Shown: positions 1 to 9,336 of the stretch, in pieces
How positions within the stretch are numbered: position 1 is the first letter of the stretch
How the letters are laid out: each line of letters opens with the position of its first letter
Assembly: GCA_043809585.1 (NCBI GenBank)
Contig: JBDROZ010000084.1
Span: 1 to 64,000 of the forward strand
From: Candidatus Eiseniibacteriota bacterium
GTDB taxonomy: Bacteria; Orphanbacterota; Orphanbacteria; Orphanbacterales; Orphanbacteraceae
Direction of reading: 5' to 3'
Length of the DNA: 64,000 nt
The notes under the pieces: generated by a model
Told to the model about the DNA's origin: nothing
What the model saw: only the letters and a program-made list of their open reading frames with translations
The model's database searches: none
Program-made: the position numbers and the translations under genes

Positions 1-266
1 CTTTCCTTCGCCGCCTCCTCGATGGGGCCCGTCGGGCGCTTGGACTTATCGCGACGGCTAGGAGCGATAAGTGGTAGCGCCCGGGGGGAGGCTCTCATGA
101 CTACACCTCCGGTGGCGGAAGTCCGACCGCGCCGGGGTACCCGCCGGAGCGAAGCGACGGCGGGTCGGCGCCGGGAGTACCCGGAGCGCGGCAGCGCGAA
201 GGGTGCAAGTCAGCTTCTCGTCAGGCGATCCGAGCCCTCGTGACGGAGATTCATGCATGATCCAGG

Positions 267-1172
267 CTAGCCCGAATACCGGTCGAGGAGGAGACCGTGG
301 CGGAGGCCGCGGGCGGAGACGAGGAGACGGTCCTTGCCGGAGAGGTCGAGGATCACCCGAACGATCGCGGCGCCGGCGAGCATGACATCCGCCCGTCCCG
401 GAACCATCCCGGGGATCTTCCCCCGCCCCTCCGCCGGCAGGGAACGATAGAGCTCGACCTGCCGGTCCACTTCCGCTCGGGAGAGAAGGGCGCCCGCGAG
501 GGCCGTCGGATCGTACCGTCCGGCGCCGGTCATGACCGATGCGAGAGTGAGGACCGTACCGCCGACTCCGATCAACGTCCCCTCGAGCGGGGGGAGGGGC
601 GCGAGCGATTCCGAGAGAGACCGGACGAGGGCGGCGACCCGCTCCTTCGTCGCCGGGCCGTCCGTTCCAAACTCCTCCGTCGGGCCCCGGACGCCGACGG
701 GGAAACTGAAGCGCTTCTCGATCCGTCCATCCTTCCCCATGACGAATTCGGTGCTCGCGCCGCCGGTGTCGAAGACGCCCGCCGGGATTGACGGATCGGC
801 GAGGCCGGAGAGGGCGGCGACCCAGGAGAGCCGGGCCTCCTCGTCGCCGGAGAGAATCTCCACATCGAGGCCGCACTCGCGGCGGATTCGCAGGGCGATG
901 TCCGGGGCGTTGGCCGCGCGGCGGAGCGCCTGGGTGCCGGCGGCGATGAAGGAGCCTGCGCCGGCGCGGACCCCCGCCTCCCGGAGTTCTCGAAGGGCAT
1001 CCATGGTGCGCCGGGCCGCCGCCCCGCCGATCCGGCCCGTCTCCCGGAGCCCTTCGGAGAGACGGGTGACGATCACCCGGTCTTCCCGCTCATGGAGACG
1101 CCCGCCACGGAGATCCGCGACAAGGAGCTTCACCGAGTTCGAGCCGATGTCGATGACGGCCCGGCGATCCAC
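267..1172 (-). CDS. ppx: Ppx/GppA family exopolyphosphatase
   Basis: Motifs AVIDIGSNSVKL, GTQALRRAANA, ILSGDEEARL, FDTGGASTEF and GRADVMLAG. GTG start at 1172 follows GGAGGAG; the ORF track extends to 1289. Confidence 0.9.
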   Translation of the reverse strand: MDRRAVIDIGSNSVKLLVADLRGGRLHEREDRVIVTRLSEGLRETGRIGGAAARRTMDALRELREAGVRAGAGSFIAAGTQALRRAANAPDIALRIRRECGLDVEILSGDEEARLSWVAALSGLADPSIPAGVFDTGGASTEFVMGKDGRIEKRFSFPVGVRGPTEEFGTDGPATKERVAALVRSLSESLAPLPPLEGTLIGVGGTVLTLASVMTGAGRYDPTALAGALLSRAEVDRQVELYRSLPAEGRGKIPGMVPGRADVMLAGAAIVRVILDLSGKDRLLVSARGLRHGLLLDRYSG

Positions 1173-1407
1173 GGCCTCTCCTCCCTGTTCGTTCGACGAC
1201 CCCGGCGCGGGCGTGTCGAAGAAGCTCCAATCCCCACCGCCGCATCCCGGGAGAGCCGCACCCGAGGTTCCGCACACTCGTTTTGCCATGCCCCCATGGT
1301 ACTCAATCTCCCCCTCCCCGAAAAGGGACGGACACCCGTGTCCGTCGCCATCCTATCCGCCTTCCCATCGGCCGGTCACACCGAGGTCTTCGCCATGGGA
1401 ACAAGCA

Positions 1408-3525
1408 CTATTGTCCGTCCCCGACCATGAGGGCGGGGAGGAGGAGGGCGGCGGTGAAGAGGAGGGCGGGGACGAGGCCGGCGAAGGGGAGGAGGAAGAG
1501 GGCGCCGAGGAGGGCCCCCGCACTCCCCCCGATCAGGTCAGCGGCGTAGAGAGGGGCGCCCGAGCTTCTGTCGGATTCCGCCGCCCGACAGTACACCGCC
1601 CCCACGATCCCGCCCGTGAGGAGAAGCCACAGGAACGAGAAGGCGAGGCTCCCGAAAGCTCCGCCCGGAAGGAGGATTGCGGTGAAGAGCGCGGCCGATG
1701 CGAAGGCGGCGACGAGGATCCTCCCTCCCGAGCGCGCCCGGGCGGCCCGGCGCCCGGCGAACGGGCTGAGCGCGAGTCCGGCCATGAACCCGCCGAGAAG
1801 CAGGCCCACATCCCGGTAGAGGATGCCGCTCGCCGTCTGGAATCTCAGAATCACCGCGAACTCGACGATCATCCCGGCGAACCCGGCGAGTCCGACGACC
1901 AGAATGGCCGCTCCCCGGGGGCGGCGCCGGAAATAGAGGAAGAGGCCGGCCACGAGCGTGAGGGCCACCGCGAATGCCCGGGCGCCCGGCGACGGAATCG
2001 ACCGATACGCGAGGGACGGATGGAATCGGGAGAGCCAGAGCTGAAGGGTCGTCGGATAACAGATCGGGCGGAGATCCGTGTTCGGCGGCCCGACGTGTTT
2101 CCGTAGTCGCCTTCCGACTTCGTCGAATCGCTCGTTCTCGTACAGGTAGCGGAGATACTCGGGCGTCACGAGCCGGACCTCGAGATGGCGGGTCTCGATC
2201 CGGCCCCCGAGTCTCTCGGCGAGAACATCCGGATCCTCGTCGAGGGGGGCGTTCGAGGCGATGTAAATGTCCGCGGTTCCCGGAAGAACGGCGATGTGAT
2301 CGAAGGCGCCGGCGAGGGCCCGGTAGACGCTTCCGTTTCTCCGCGCGAGAAGAGGGCTCCAGTAGTTCTCCGACGACGGCAGACGGAAGGCGAGCACTCC
2401 CCCCCGCCGGAGAGAGCGCGCACACTCGCGAAAGAACTCGGCGGTGTAAAACCGGTTCGCCGCGCCCGACGTCGGCTCCGGAGCGTGTATGATGATTTGG
2501 TCGTACGCCTCCGGACTTCCCCGGAGCACCCGGCGCTCGTCGTCGACGATGACCCGCCTCCCCGGGAGCTTCTCGTCCCCGATGGATCCGAGAAAGACCC
2601 GGCGGGACAATTCGTACGAAACCCGATCGGGCTCGACGATCGTGATCGAGCGGGGACCGAGCCGCCGTATCCAACCCGCCCCATGGGCCATCCCGCTCCC
2701 GAGAATCAGCACGTCCCCCGGATCCTCCCGCTGCACCAGCGCGCCGTGGGCGAGCAGTTCCGGCTCCTCGCTCTCCGAATCGTAGGCAAGCCCGCCGTTC
2801 ACGAAGAGCACCCATTGTCCCGTTCCCCGCCCGGTCACGGTGAGCCTCCCGTAAGGCGAATCACGATTCATCACGAGAGTGGGGAAATGCCATCGGATCG
2901 TCTCCCGTTCGATCTCCCCTCCCCAGATGACGACGATTCCGAGCAGGAGACCCGCGGCGAGTCGGAGGGAGACACGGGCCGGACGAGACGAACGGGCGAG
3001 AAACGAAGCGAGAAGAAAAGAGAGGGCCGCGGCAACCATCACCGAGCCGCTCGCGGGCGCCCCCGCCGCCAGGACGACGGTCGACGCGGCCCCTCCCGCG
3101 ACTCCGCCGAGGGACTCGATCCCGTAGGCGGTGGCGAAGCTCCCCCCCTCCTCCCCGCAGCGCCCCGCCGCCCGGGCGAAGAGGAATCCGAGCAGGATGC
3201 CGGTCGGAGCGAGAGTGAACGCGAGAAGGAGGAACTGGACACCGATGGGAAAGTAGACGCCCGCCGTCGTTCCGAAGATCACCCGCGCCCCGCGGGCGAA
3301 GAGAAGGGTCGCCGGAAGGGCCGCGCCGAGCCCCATCAGAGCAGCGGCGATTCCCCCGCGGTTCCGCCGGCCGAGCCACGCCCCGGCGCCGGCGAAAACC
3401 ATCCAGAACGAAATCCCGACAAGGAGGATCAGTTCGCTTCCGAAGAAGGCGACGAGCAGCTCCCGGAGCAGAAGGACCTGGCCGAAAATGGAGAGGAAAC
3501 CGACAAGAAGCAGCGCGGGGATCAT
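1408..3525 (-). CDS. Multi-pass membrane protein fused to a spermidine-synthase-like SAM-binding domain
   Basis: N-terminal TM block (QVLLLRELL, ESLGGVAG), then DSPYGRLTV, VLILGSG, IVEPD and NRFYTAEFF, then a C-terminal TM block (LYAADLIG). Confidence 0.8.
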   Translation of the reverse strand: MIPALLLVGFLSIFGQVLLLRELLVAFFGSELILLVGISFWMVFAGAGAWLGRRNRGGIAAALMGLGAALPATLLFARGARVIFGTTAGVYFPIGVQFLLLAFTLAPTGILLGFLFARAAGRCGEEGGSFATAYGIESLGGVAGGAASTVVLAAGAPASGSVMVAAALSFLLASFLARSSRPARVSLRLAAGLLLGIVVIWGGEIERETIRWHFPTLVMNRDSPYGRLTVTGRGTGQWVLFVNGGLAYDSESEEPELLAHGALVQREDPGDVLILGSGMAHGAGWIRRLGPRSITIVEPDRVSYELSRRVFLGSIGDEKLPGRRVIVDDERRVLRGSPEAYDQIIIHAPEPTSGAANRFYTAEFFRECARSLRRGGVLAFRLPSSENYWSPLLARRNGSVYRALAGAFDHIAVLPGTADIYIASNAPLDEDPDVLAERLGGRIETRHLEVRLVTPEYLRYLYENERFDEVGRRLRKHVGPPNTDLRPICYPTTLQLWLSRFHPSLAYRSIPSPGARAFAVALTLVAGLFLYFRRRPRGAAILVVGLAGFAGMIVEFAVILRFQTASGILYRDVGLLLGGFMAGLALSPFAGRRAARARSGGRILVAAFASAALFTAILLPGGAFGSLAFSFLWLLLTGGIVGAVYCRAAESDRSSGAPLYAADLIGGSAGALLGALFLLPFAGLVPALLFTAALLLPALMVGDGQ

Positions 3526-3550
3526 GACCCTTCGTCACCGCCCCGGCGGG

Positions 3551-5128
3551 TCAATGGACCTCTCCCTCGCCGAACACTTCCGCGCGAAAGGTCCAAAGCG
3601 CCGCCCCCCGACGCCACGCGTCCGCCGGCAGGCCGGCCTTCCGCGCGAGATGGCCGAGCATCTCCTCCCGGTTCCAACCCTCCTCGGGCGCGACCTGGGG
3701 AAGGTAAACCGCCGAGCGTCCGTCCTTCTCCAATACGACGCCGTCCCGCCCGATCACGATATCCTCCGGACCCGAGACCCGCCGCTTCGGCGTCAGCACC
3801 GAAATCTCCACCCTGATTTCGCCCAGTTCCTTCGCGGTGAGGGGCGAAAAGCGGCGGTCGTTGAACGCCGCCTGGAGCGCCATGGCGCCGACCACCTGGC
3901 AGAGGGGACGGTTCTCCGCCATGTGGCCGATGCATCCGCGGAGGCGGTCGCCGATCTCGAGGGTGACGAACGCCCCCTGTCGGCGCCAGAGGCCGGCGCC
4001 CTCCGGACGTGCGAGGGGGGCCGTTCCCGACGTCAGGTACTGGACGACGGCGCGCCGGGCGTGGGCGAGAAGCCACCGCCGTTCTTCTTCGTCGAAATCC
4101 CGCTCCGACAACTCCGGCTCCGGCCTCCGGAGACCGGCGAGCGGGTCCTTCCCTCCCGTCGCGCCGAAGGCGACGGCCCCGTATCCGACGACCCGCTTCC
4201 GGTCGCCGAGGGCCGTGTCCCCCGAGTTCGCGTAGCTCACCACCTCCGCCGAAGGGAGACCGAGCGCCTCCGCCGCCGCCAGCGCCGCGAGAACGGGCCC
4301 TTCGCCGCAGGCGCACGTGGAAAGTCCCGGCGCCCCCCGGCGCAGCTCTTCTTCCATGACCCGAACCACCGTCGCCCGGTCCCCCTCGGCCACCGCCCGG
4401 AGCACCGCCCCGTCGACGCGGACCGCGTCCTCCCATTCCGGATAGTGGGAAAGATCGCTGCTCGCCGCGATCACCGCCCGCCTCCCTCCGGCCAGCCGGG
4501 CGATCGCCCTTCCGAGGGCTTCGCAGAGCTCCGGGTCGGGCGCGCCGACGACGAGGGGCACGATTTTCGCCCCGGGGAAGAGAACCTGGACGAACGGAAC
4601 CTGCACCTCCACCGAGTGCTCCCGCTCGTGGGCGTCCGGGCGGAACACGAAACGGGGATCGGAGTTCATCAATTCGCGGGCGATCCCCTCATCCACCAAG
4701 GCGTCGCCGAGGGGGGTCCGATAGGCGCCGGCGTGCCAGACCGAAACCTCCCGGAACGGGGCGACCGTGTGGTTCGTGCCGAGGATGAAGACGACGTCCG
4801 CCTCCTCCCGGGCCGCCCGGGCCCATGCGTCGGCCGCGATCTGGCCGGAATAGACGTATCCCGCGTGGGGCGCCACGATGACCCGGACCCCCTCGACCGA
4901 TCCCCCCTCCGCGTCGTCCAGGTAGAACCGGATCGCCCGCCGGAGCATCCCCGCGTCGTCGGGATAAAAACTCCCCGCCACGGCGGGGGGACGGACGCCG
5001 GGACCGGCCGCGGGCAGGTCCGACCCGCAACCGATCGCGAGAAGCAAGAGGGCCGTGAGGAGCGCGGGCCCGCGGCGGGGCCGGGGCGGGCGGGAGGATG
5101 CTTCCGGTTCTCGAAAGACGGGGCTCAA
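3551..5128 (-). CDS. AmmeMemoRadiSam protein B (Memo) fused to protein A (AMMECR1), with lipoprotein signal
   Basis: Memo motifs RPPAVAGSFYP, PHAGYVYSG, EHSVEVQVPF, SSDLSHY, ACGEGP and VVGY. AMMECR1 motifs GAFVTL, LRGCIG, EISVLT and YLPQV. Lipobox LAIGC. TTG start after AGGAGAAGG is inferred. Confidence 0.9.
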   Translation of the reverse strand: MSPVFREPEASSRPPRPRRGPALLTALLLLAIGCGSDLPAAGPGVRPPAVAGSFYPDDAGMLRRAIRFYLDDAEGGSVEGVRVIVAPHAGYVYSGQIAADAWARAAREEADVVFILGTNHTVAPFREVSVWHAGAYRTPLGDALVDEGIARELMNSDPRFVFRPDAHEREHSVEVQVPFVQVLFPGAKIVPLVVGAPDPELCEALGRAIARLAGGRRAVIAASSDLSHYPEWEDAVRVDGAVLRAVAEGDRATVVRVMEEELRRGAPGLSTCACGEGPVLAALAAAEALGLPSAEVVSYANSGDTALGDRKRVVGYGAVAFGATGGKDPLAGLRRPEPELSERDFDEEERRWLLAHARRAVVQYLTSGTAPLARPEGAGLWRRQGAFVTLEIGDRLRGCIGHMAENRPLCQVVGAMALQAAFNDRRFSPLTAKELGEIRVEISVLTPKRRVSGPEDIVIGRDGVVLEKDGRSAVYLPQVAPEEGWNREEMLGHLARKAGLPADAWRRGAALWTFRAEVFGEGEVH

Positions 5129-5369
5129 TCGACCTTCTCCTGAAGGGAACACCCTCATTCTGGCACAGGTCCCCGGTCGCCGCAACGGGCGTCGCCTCGC
5201 CGGATCCATCATCTTTCGGTCTTCTTCCCGGTCGACTCCCGATTCCCCGGAGAAGCGACCGCGAGGCGAACGAAGAGGGAACGGGAGGGGCGGAATCCGG
5301 AGACCTTTTCAGCGGCCTTTCCGAGGGGTTATACTCCCCCCGAACGGACGATGCGCCCGGAGGACGACA

Positions 5370-5792
5370 TTGACATCCCTCGAAGACGATCGTTACTGCT
5401 TCGCCTGCGGACGGAACAATCCGGCGGGCCTGAAAGTGGAGACCCGTCGAGAGAACGGTTCCGCCGAGCTTCTGTGGGCGCCGAGCCGTGAGTACCAGGG
5501 CTTCAAGGGAATCCTTCACGGGGGCATCGTCACCACCCTCCTCGACGAAGCGATGGCCCACGCGGTGCTCAGCGTCGTCTCCGGGGCGGCGACGGCGACC
5601 ATCTCCGTCCAGTTCCGCCGCCCCGTCCGCACGGACCGGGAGGTGTCGGTCCGCGCTCTCCTCGAGGAGCGGCGGGGCCGCGTTCTCCTCGCCAAGGCCG
5701 TCCTCACCCAGGCAGGCCGGGAGATGGCGACGGCGGAGGGGAAGTTCGTCCTCGTCCGCGGACCGCGTTCATCCTCCCCACCGGAAGCATGA
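5370..5792 (+). CDS. PaaI family (hot-dog fold) thioesterase
   Basis: CFACGRNNPAGL and HGGIVTTLLDEAM. TTG start follows GGAGGA. Confidence 0.88.
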   Translation: MTSLEDDRYCFACGRNNPAGLKVETRRENGSAELLWAPSREYQGFKGILHGGIVTTLLDEAMAHAVLSVVSGAATATISVQFRRPVRTDREVSVRALLEERRGRVLLAKAVLTQAGREMATAEGKFVLVRGPRSSSPPEA

Positions 5793-5827
5793 TCCTCGAT
5801 TCGATCCGGGCGAGTTCCCATTTCGTT

Positions 5828-5857
5828 TGGACGGGACCGGGGGGCCTTCGCTATAAT
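5828..5857 (+). promoter_or_regulatory. Putative sigma70 promoter for the ACT / metX-hom genes
   Basis: TGGACG-18 nt-TATAAT (5852-5857) in a very GC-rich background. Confidence 0.45.
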
Positions 5858-5967
5858 GGCCGGGGAAGTCATCGCGCCCTTCCGCGTCGCTCCGGGGACC
5901 CCGATCACCGGCGCTCCTTCCGCGGGGGTCGCGGATCGACGAGCCCACCTCGGCGGGAGGATCTCTC

Positions 5968-6381
5968 ATGAAGACGACGATTCGACGGATCCAGTACTTC
6001 CACGCCACCGTGAAGGACCGTCCGGGAGAGGCCTTCGAGGTGCTCAGCCGCCTCCGCGGCGCGGGCGTCAATCTGCTCGCCTTCAACGCCGTACCGTGCG
6101 GCCTCGGGAACACCCAACTCGTGCTCTTTCCGGAAGACGTCGACGACTTGGCCCGGGCGGCGGCCGAGGCGGACATCGTTCTCATCGGCCCGCACCACGC
6201 CTTTCTCGTGCAAGGGGACGATGAGCTCGGCGCCCTCGCCGAGATCCACCGGAAGCTGTTCGATGGAAGCGTCAACGTCTACGCTTCGAGCGGCGTGACC
6301 GACGGGCGGGGCGGCTACGGTTACATCTTCTACGTGAAGCCCGAAGACTACGAGAAGGCTTCCCACTGTCTCGGGGTGTAG
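5968..6381 (+). CDS. ACT-domain-like protein
   Basis: VKDRPGEAFEVLSRLRGAGVNLLAF and a second repeat DELGALAEIHRKLFDGSVNV. GGGAGG RBS. Confidence 0.75.
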   Translation: MKTTIRRIQYFHATVKDRPGEAFEVLSRLRGAGVNLLAFNAVPCGLGNTQLVLFPEDVDDLARAAAEADIVLIGPHHAFLVQGDDELGALAEIHRKLFDGSVNVYASSGVTDGRGGYGYIFYVKPEDYEKASHCLGV

Positions 6382-6568
6382 GCCGGGGGAGGGTATCCCG
6401 TCTTCTTCCCCCTTCCGTCCGAGCGGGATCGTCCCGGCGGTTCCGGCTCGAAAGGGGCCCCCCTTCCGCGCGCCGCACCGCGCTGGTTCGCCCCCCTCCC
6501 GCGGGGCGGCCCGGTCCATGAAGAGAGCGGCCGGGACTCCGCGCGATTCGATTCTCGAGGGACGGACC

Positions 6569-8815
6569 ATGAACGAACACCGTGAACTGTGGCGGAAGTC
6601 GCCCACCACGAAGCTCGCCCGCGTCGTCCATCTCGATCTGCCCGAGGGTTTTCACGCGGTCCGCGGCGGTCATCTCCCCTCCATTCAGGTGAGCTACGAA
6701 TCGTGGGGGGAACCCGACGGGAGCGGGGACAACACGATTCTCCTCGCCCACGCTCTGACGAGCGACTGCCACGCCACCGGCGCATTCGCCCGGCAGCCCC
6801 TCGGCTGGTGGGAGGGCCTCATCGGTCCGGGGCGGGCGCTCGACACGGAGAGGTACCACGTGATCTGCCCGAATCTGATCGGGGGATGCTACGGAACCAC
6901 GGGCCCCCGATTCCCCGCCCCCGACGGCCAGCCGTGGCTCGGGCGCTTCCCCCTCCTCACGCCCCTCGACATGATGCGCGTCCAGCGCCTCTTCGTCCGG
7001 GCCCTCGGCATCGGGAAGCTCCGCATGGTGGTCGGGCCGAGCATGGGCGGCATGGTGGCGTGGGAGTGGGCGATCGAGGCGGAGGAAGGCGAGCTCGACC
7101 TCGCGGTGGTCATCGGCGCTCCCCTCCGGACCACGGCGTATCAGATCGGGCTGAACTGGTTGCAGCGCCGGGGAATCGAGCTCGACCTGAAGGACGACCA
7201 GGTGATGGCCGAGTGGGGCCAGATGGTGGCGCGGGGCGTCGGCATGCTGAGCTACCGGAACCCCGTCGGGCTCGAGGAGAAATTCGGGCGGGAGTGGTTC
7301 CAGGAGCCGGGGACGACGCTCGCCGAGCGGGGACGGTACAACGTCGAATCGTGGCTCCGCCATCACGGCCTCCGGAGCGCCAAACGCTTCGACCCGTACA
7401 CCTACATCCTCTTCAGCCGGGCCATGGACCTCCACGACGTCGGCGAGAAACGGGGGGGCCTGATCGCCGCGCTCGACCGCGTCCGATGCCGGGTCCTGAT
7501 CGTGGGCGTCTCGAGCGACCAACTCTACATGCCGGGGGAGGTGCACCAGGGGGCGGACATCCTGAACCACCTCGGGAAGCCGGTGGAGTACGCCGAGCTG
7601 CGATCCCCCCACGGACACGACGCGGTCTTCATCGAGACCGACCAGATCGCTGAGTTCCTCGGCGGCGCCTCGCGCCGGGAATCGCGCATACTGCCGACCC
7701 CGCGGCAGCGGGAGGCGCGCCCGGTGCGGATCGGCATTCTCGGCGCGGGGCGCGTGGCGTCCCTCTTCGCGCGGCTCCTCGACGACCGGCGCGCCCGGAT
7801 CCGGGAGGATTACGATCTCGACCCGCGCATCACCGCCGTCGCCGACACGGACCCGGAGAAGACACCGGGCTCGGAGTTCCACGGCGCGTCGTTCACCCAC
7901 GATCCGAATACGCTGGTCGAGCGGGACGATGTGGACGTGATCCTGGAACTCACGAACGGCACCGCTTCCCACACGGCGATCGAGAGGGCGCTTCGCCGCC
8001 GCCGCCCGGTGGTGACGCCGAACAAGGCGCTCGTCCGGGCTCACGGCGAAGCCCTTGAATCCCTCGCTCTCGAGAACGGCGTGCGTCTCGCCTATCACAA
8101 CGCCGTCGCCGCCGGATGGCCCCTGCTCTACGCGATCGAGCGTCCTCTCGTCTCCATGGTGATCCAATCGGTGGAGGCCATGCTCTCGTGCGCGGCGAAC
8201 CGGATCCTCGAGCGCCTCGAGGAGGGGAGCGATTGGGAAGGGGCCCTCCGGGAGAAGGGCTTCACCGATTGGGAGCCGGAGCTGCACACGTCGGGATGGG
8301 ACTCGGCCCAGAAGCTCGTGGTGCTCCTCGCCCGGGCGAAGGGGGTGCGCTACTCTCTGGCGAGCATGACCGTGCGGGGCATCGCCGGCTTGGATCCCCT
8401 TCTTCTCGCGGGGGCCTGCGGGCTGGGTCTCCGGGTCAAGCTGGTCGCGATCTTCGAGCAGAACGGAGGCGGCCCCGTCGCCGGCGTCCTTCCGGCGGCG
8501 GTCCCGGCGGAGGGGTACATCGGCTCGGTGCGGGGCGAGGACAACGTGGTCGTGCTCCGGAGCGGCGAGATGGGGGAGATGGTCTACCTGGGGAAGGGCC
8601 GCGGAAGCCTCCCCGTGGCCACGGCGGTGCTGAACGATTTGATCGGTCTCTATCATCCGAGCCGGAGCTGGACCGGCCGGTACCCGCGGGCGGCCGCGCC
8701 CCCCCGGGAGCCCGTCTTCGACAAGTGGCTCGTCCGCGACGGAAGCGAGGTGCGCCTCGTCGACGAGGAAGGGCCGGGCGCCGTGGCCGTTCTCGAGTCG
8801 CTTCGGAAGGAGTAG
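6569..8815 (+). CDS. metX: Homoserine O-acyltransferase (MetX) fused to a homoserine-dehydrogenase-like domain
   Basis: MetX motifs HALTSD, GGCYGTTGP, GPSMGG and HGHDA. Hom-like motifs IGILGAGRVA, VVTPNKAL, GWDSAQKL and TAVLNDL. Confidence 0.88.
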   Translation: MNEHRELWRKSPTTKLARVVHLDLPEGFHAVRGGHLPSIQVSYESWGEPDGSGDNTILLAHALTSDCHATGAFARQPLGWWEGLIGPGRALDTERYHVICPNLIGGCYGTTGPRFPAPDGQPWLGRFPLLTPLDMMRVQRLFVRALGIGKLRMVVGPSMGGMVAWEWAIEAEEGELDLAVVIGAPLRTTAYQIGLNWLQRRGIELDLKDDQVMAEWGQMVARGVGMLSYRNPVGLEEKFGREWFQEPGTTLAERGRYNVESWLRHHGLRSAKRFDPYTYILFSRAMDLHDVGEKRGGLIAALDRVRCRVLIVGVSSDQLYMPGEVHQGADILNHLGKPVEYAELRSPHGHDAVFIETDQIAEFLGGASRRESRILPTPRQREARPVRIGILGAGRVASLFARLLDDRRARIREDYDLDPRITAVADTDPEKTPGSEFHGASFTHDPNTLVERDDVDVILELTNGTASHTAIERALRRRRPVVTPNKALVRAHGEALESLALENGVRLAYHNAVAAGWPLLYAIERPLVSMVIQSVEAMLSCAANRILERLEEGSDWEGALREKGFTDWEPELHTSGWDSAQKLVVLLARAKGVRYSLASMTVRGIAGLDPLLLAGACGLGLRVKLVAIFEQNGGGPVAGVLPAAVPAEGYIGSVRGEDNVVVLRSGEMGEMVYLGKGRGSLPVATAVLNDLIGLYHPSRSWTGRYPRAAAPPREPVFDKWLVRDGSEVRLVDEEGPGAVAVLESLRKE

Positions 8816-8821
8816 GCCGGA

Positions 8822-9208
8822 CTAGAGCGGGGCCACCGGCCGTCCGGTCAACACCGAAATCACCGAGAGAAGTTCTTCCTCTTCCACGGGCTTGTCGATG
8901 AAGTACACGACCCCCGCGCGAATCCCCCGCCGCTTCGCCCGCATGGTCTCCCCACAGGTCAAGGCGACCATCGGCGTATGGGCGAGTTCGGGAAACAGAC
9001 GGACCCGGTCCATGATGCGATAGGCGTCGCCGTTCCGGATGGCCGTGTCGATGAGGATCACCGAGGGGGATTCCCGCACGGCGCTGTCAATCGTCGTGCC
9101 CGCGTCCGCGGCGACCGTCACTCGGTAGCCCTTCTCCCGAAGGGGCTTCGCGAGTGCCGCGGCGAGATCGCCATCGTCTTCCACGATCAAGACTCGGGAA
9201 CGGTTCAT
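8822..9208 (-). CDS. Single-domain response regulator (receiver)
   Basis: VLIVEDD, VILID, ALT and IDKP. ATG at 9208 follows GGAAGGAGG. Confidence 0.85.
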   Translation of the reverse strand: MNRSRVLIVEDDGDLAAALAKPLREKGYRVTVAADAGTTIDSAVRESPSVILIDTAIRNGDAYRIMDRVRLFPELAHTPMVALTCGETMRAKRRGIRAGVVYFIDKPVEEEELLSVISVLTGRPVAPL

Positions 9209-9336
9209 CCGTGGGCCCTCCTTCCGGGGGGAGATCGCCCGGGGCGGCGGACTCCCTGGTACGAAGTATCGGCCGATTTGAACGAGAATTGAGGGAGTTG
9301 ATCCCGATAGGCTTCGGAGGCCCGCCCTTTCTCCCC

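Noticed and set aside
6516-6545. ATGAAGAGAGCGGCCGGGACT upstream of metX resembles the start of a SAM-I riboswitch
   Set aside because: The downstream conserved core (GCAACC, GTGC..A.TCC) is absent and there is no room before the start codon.
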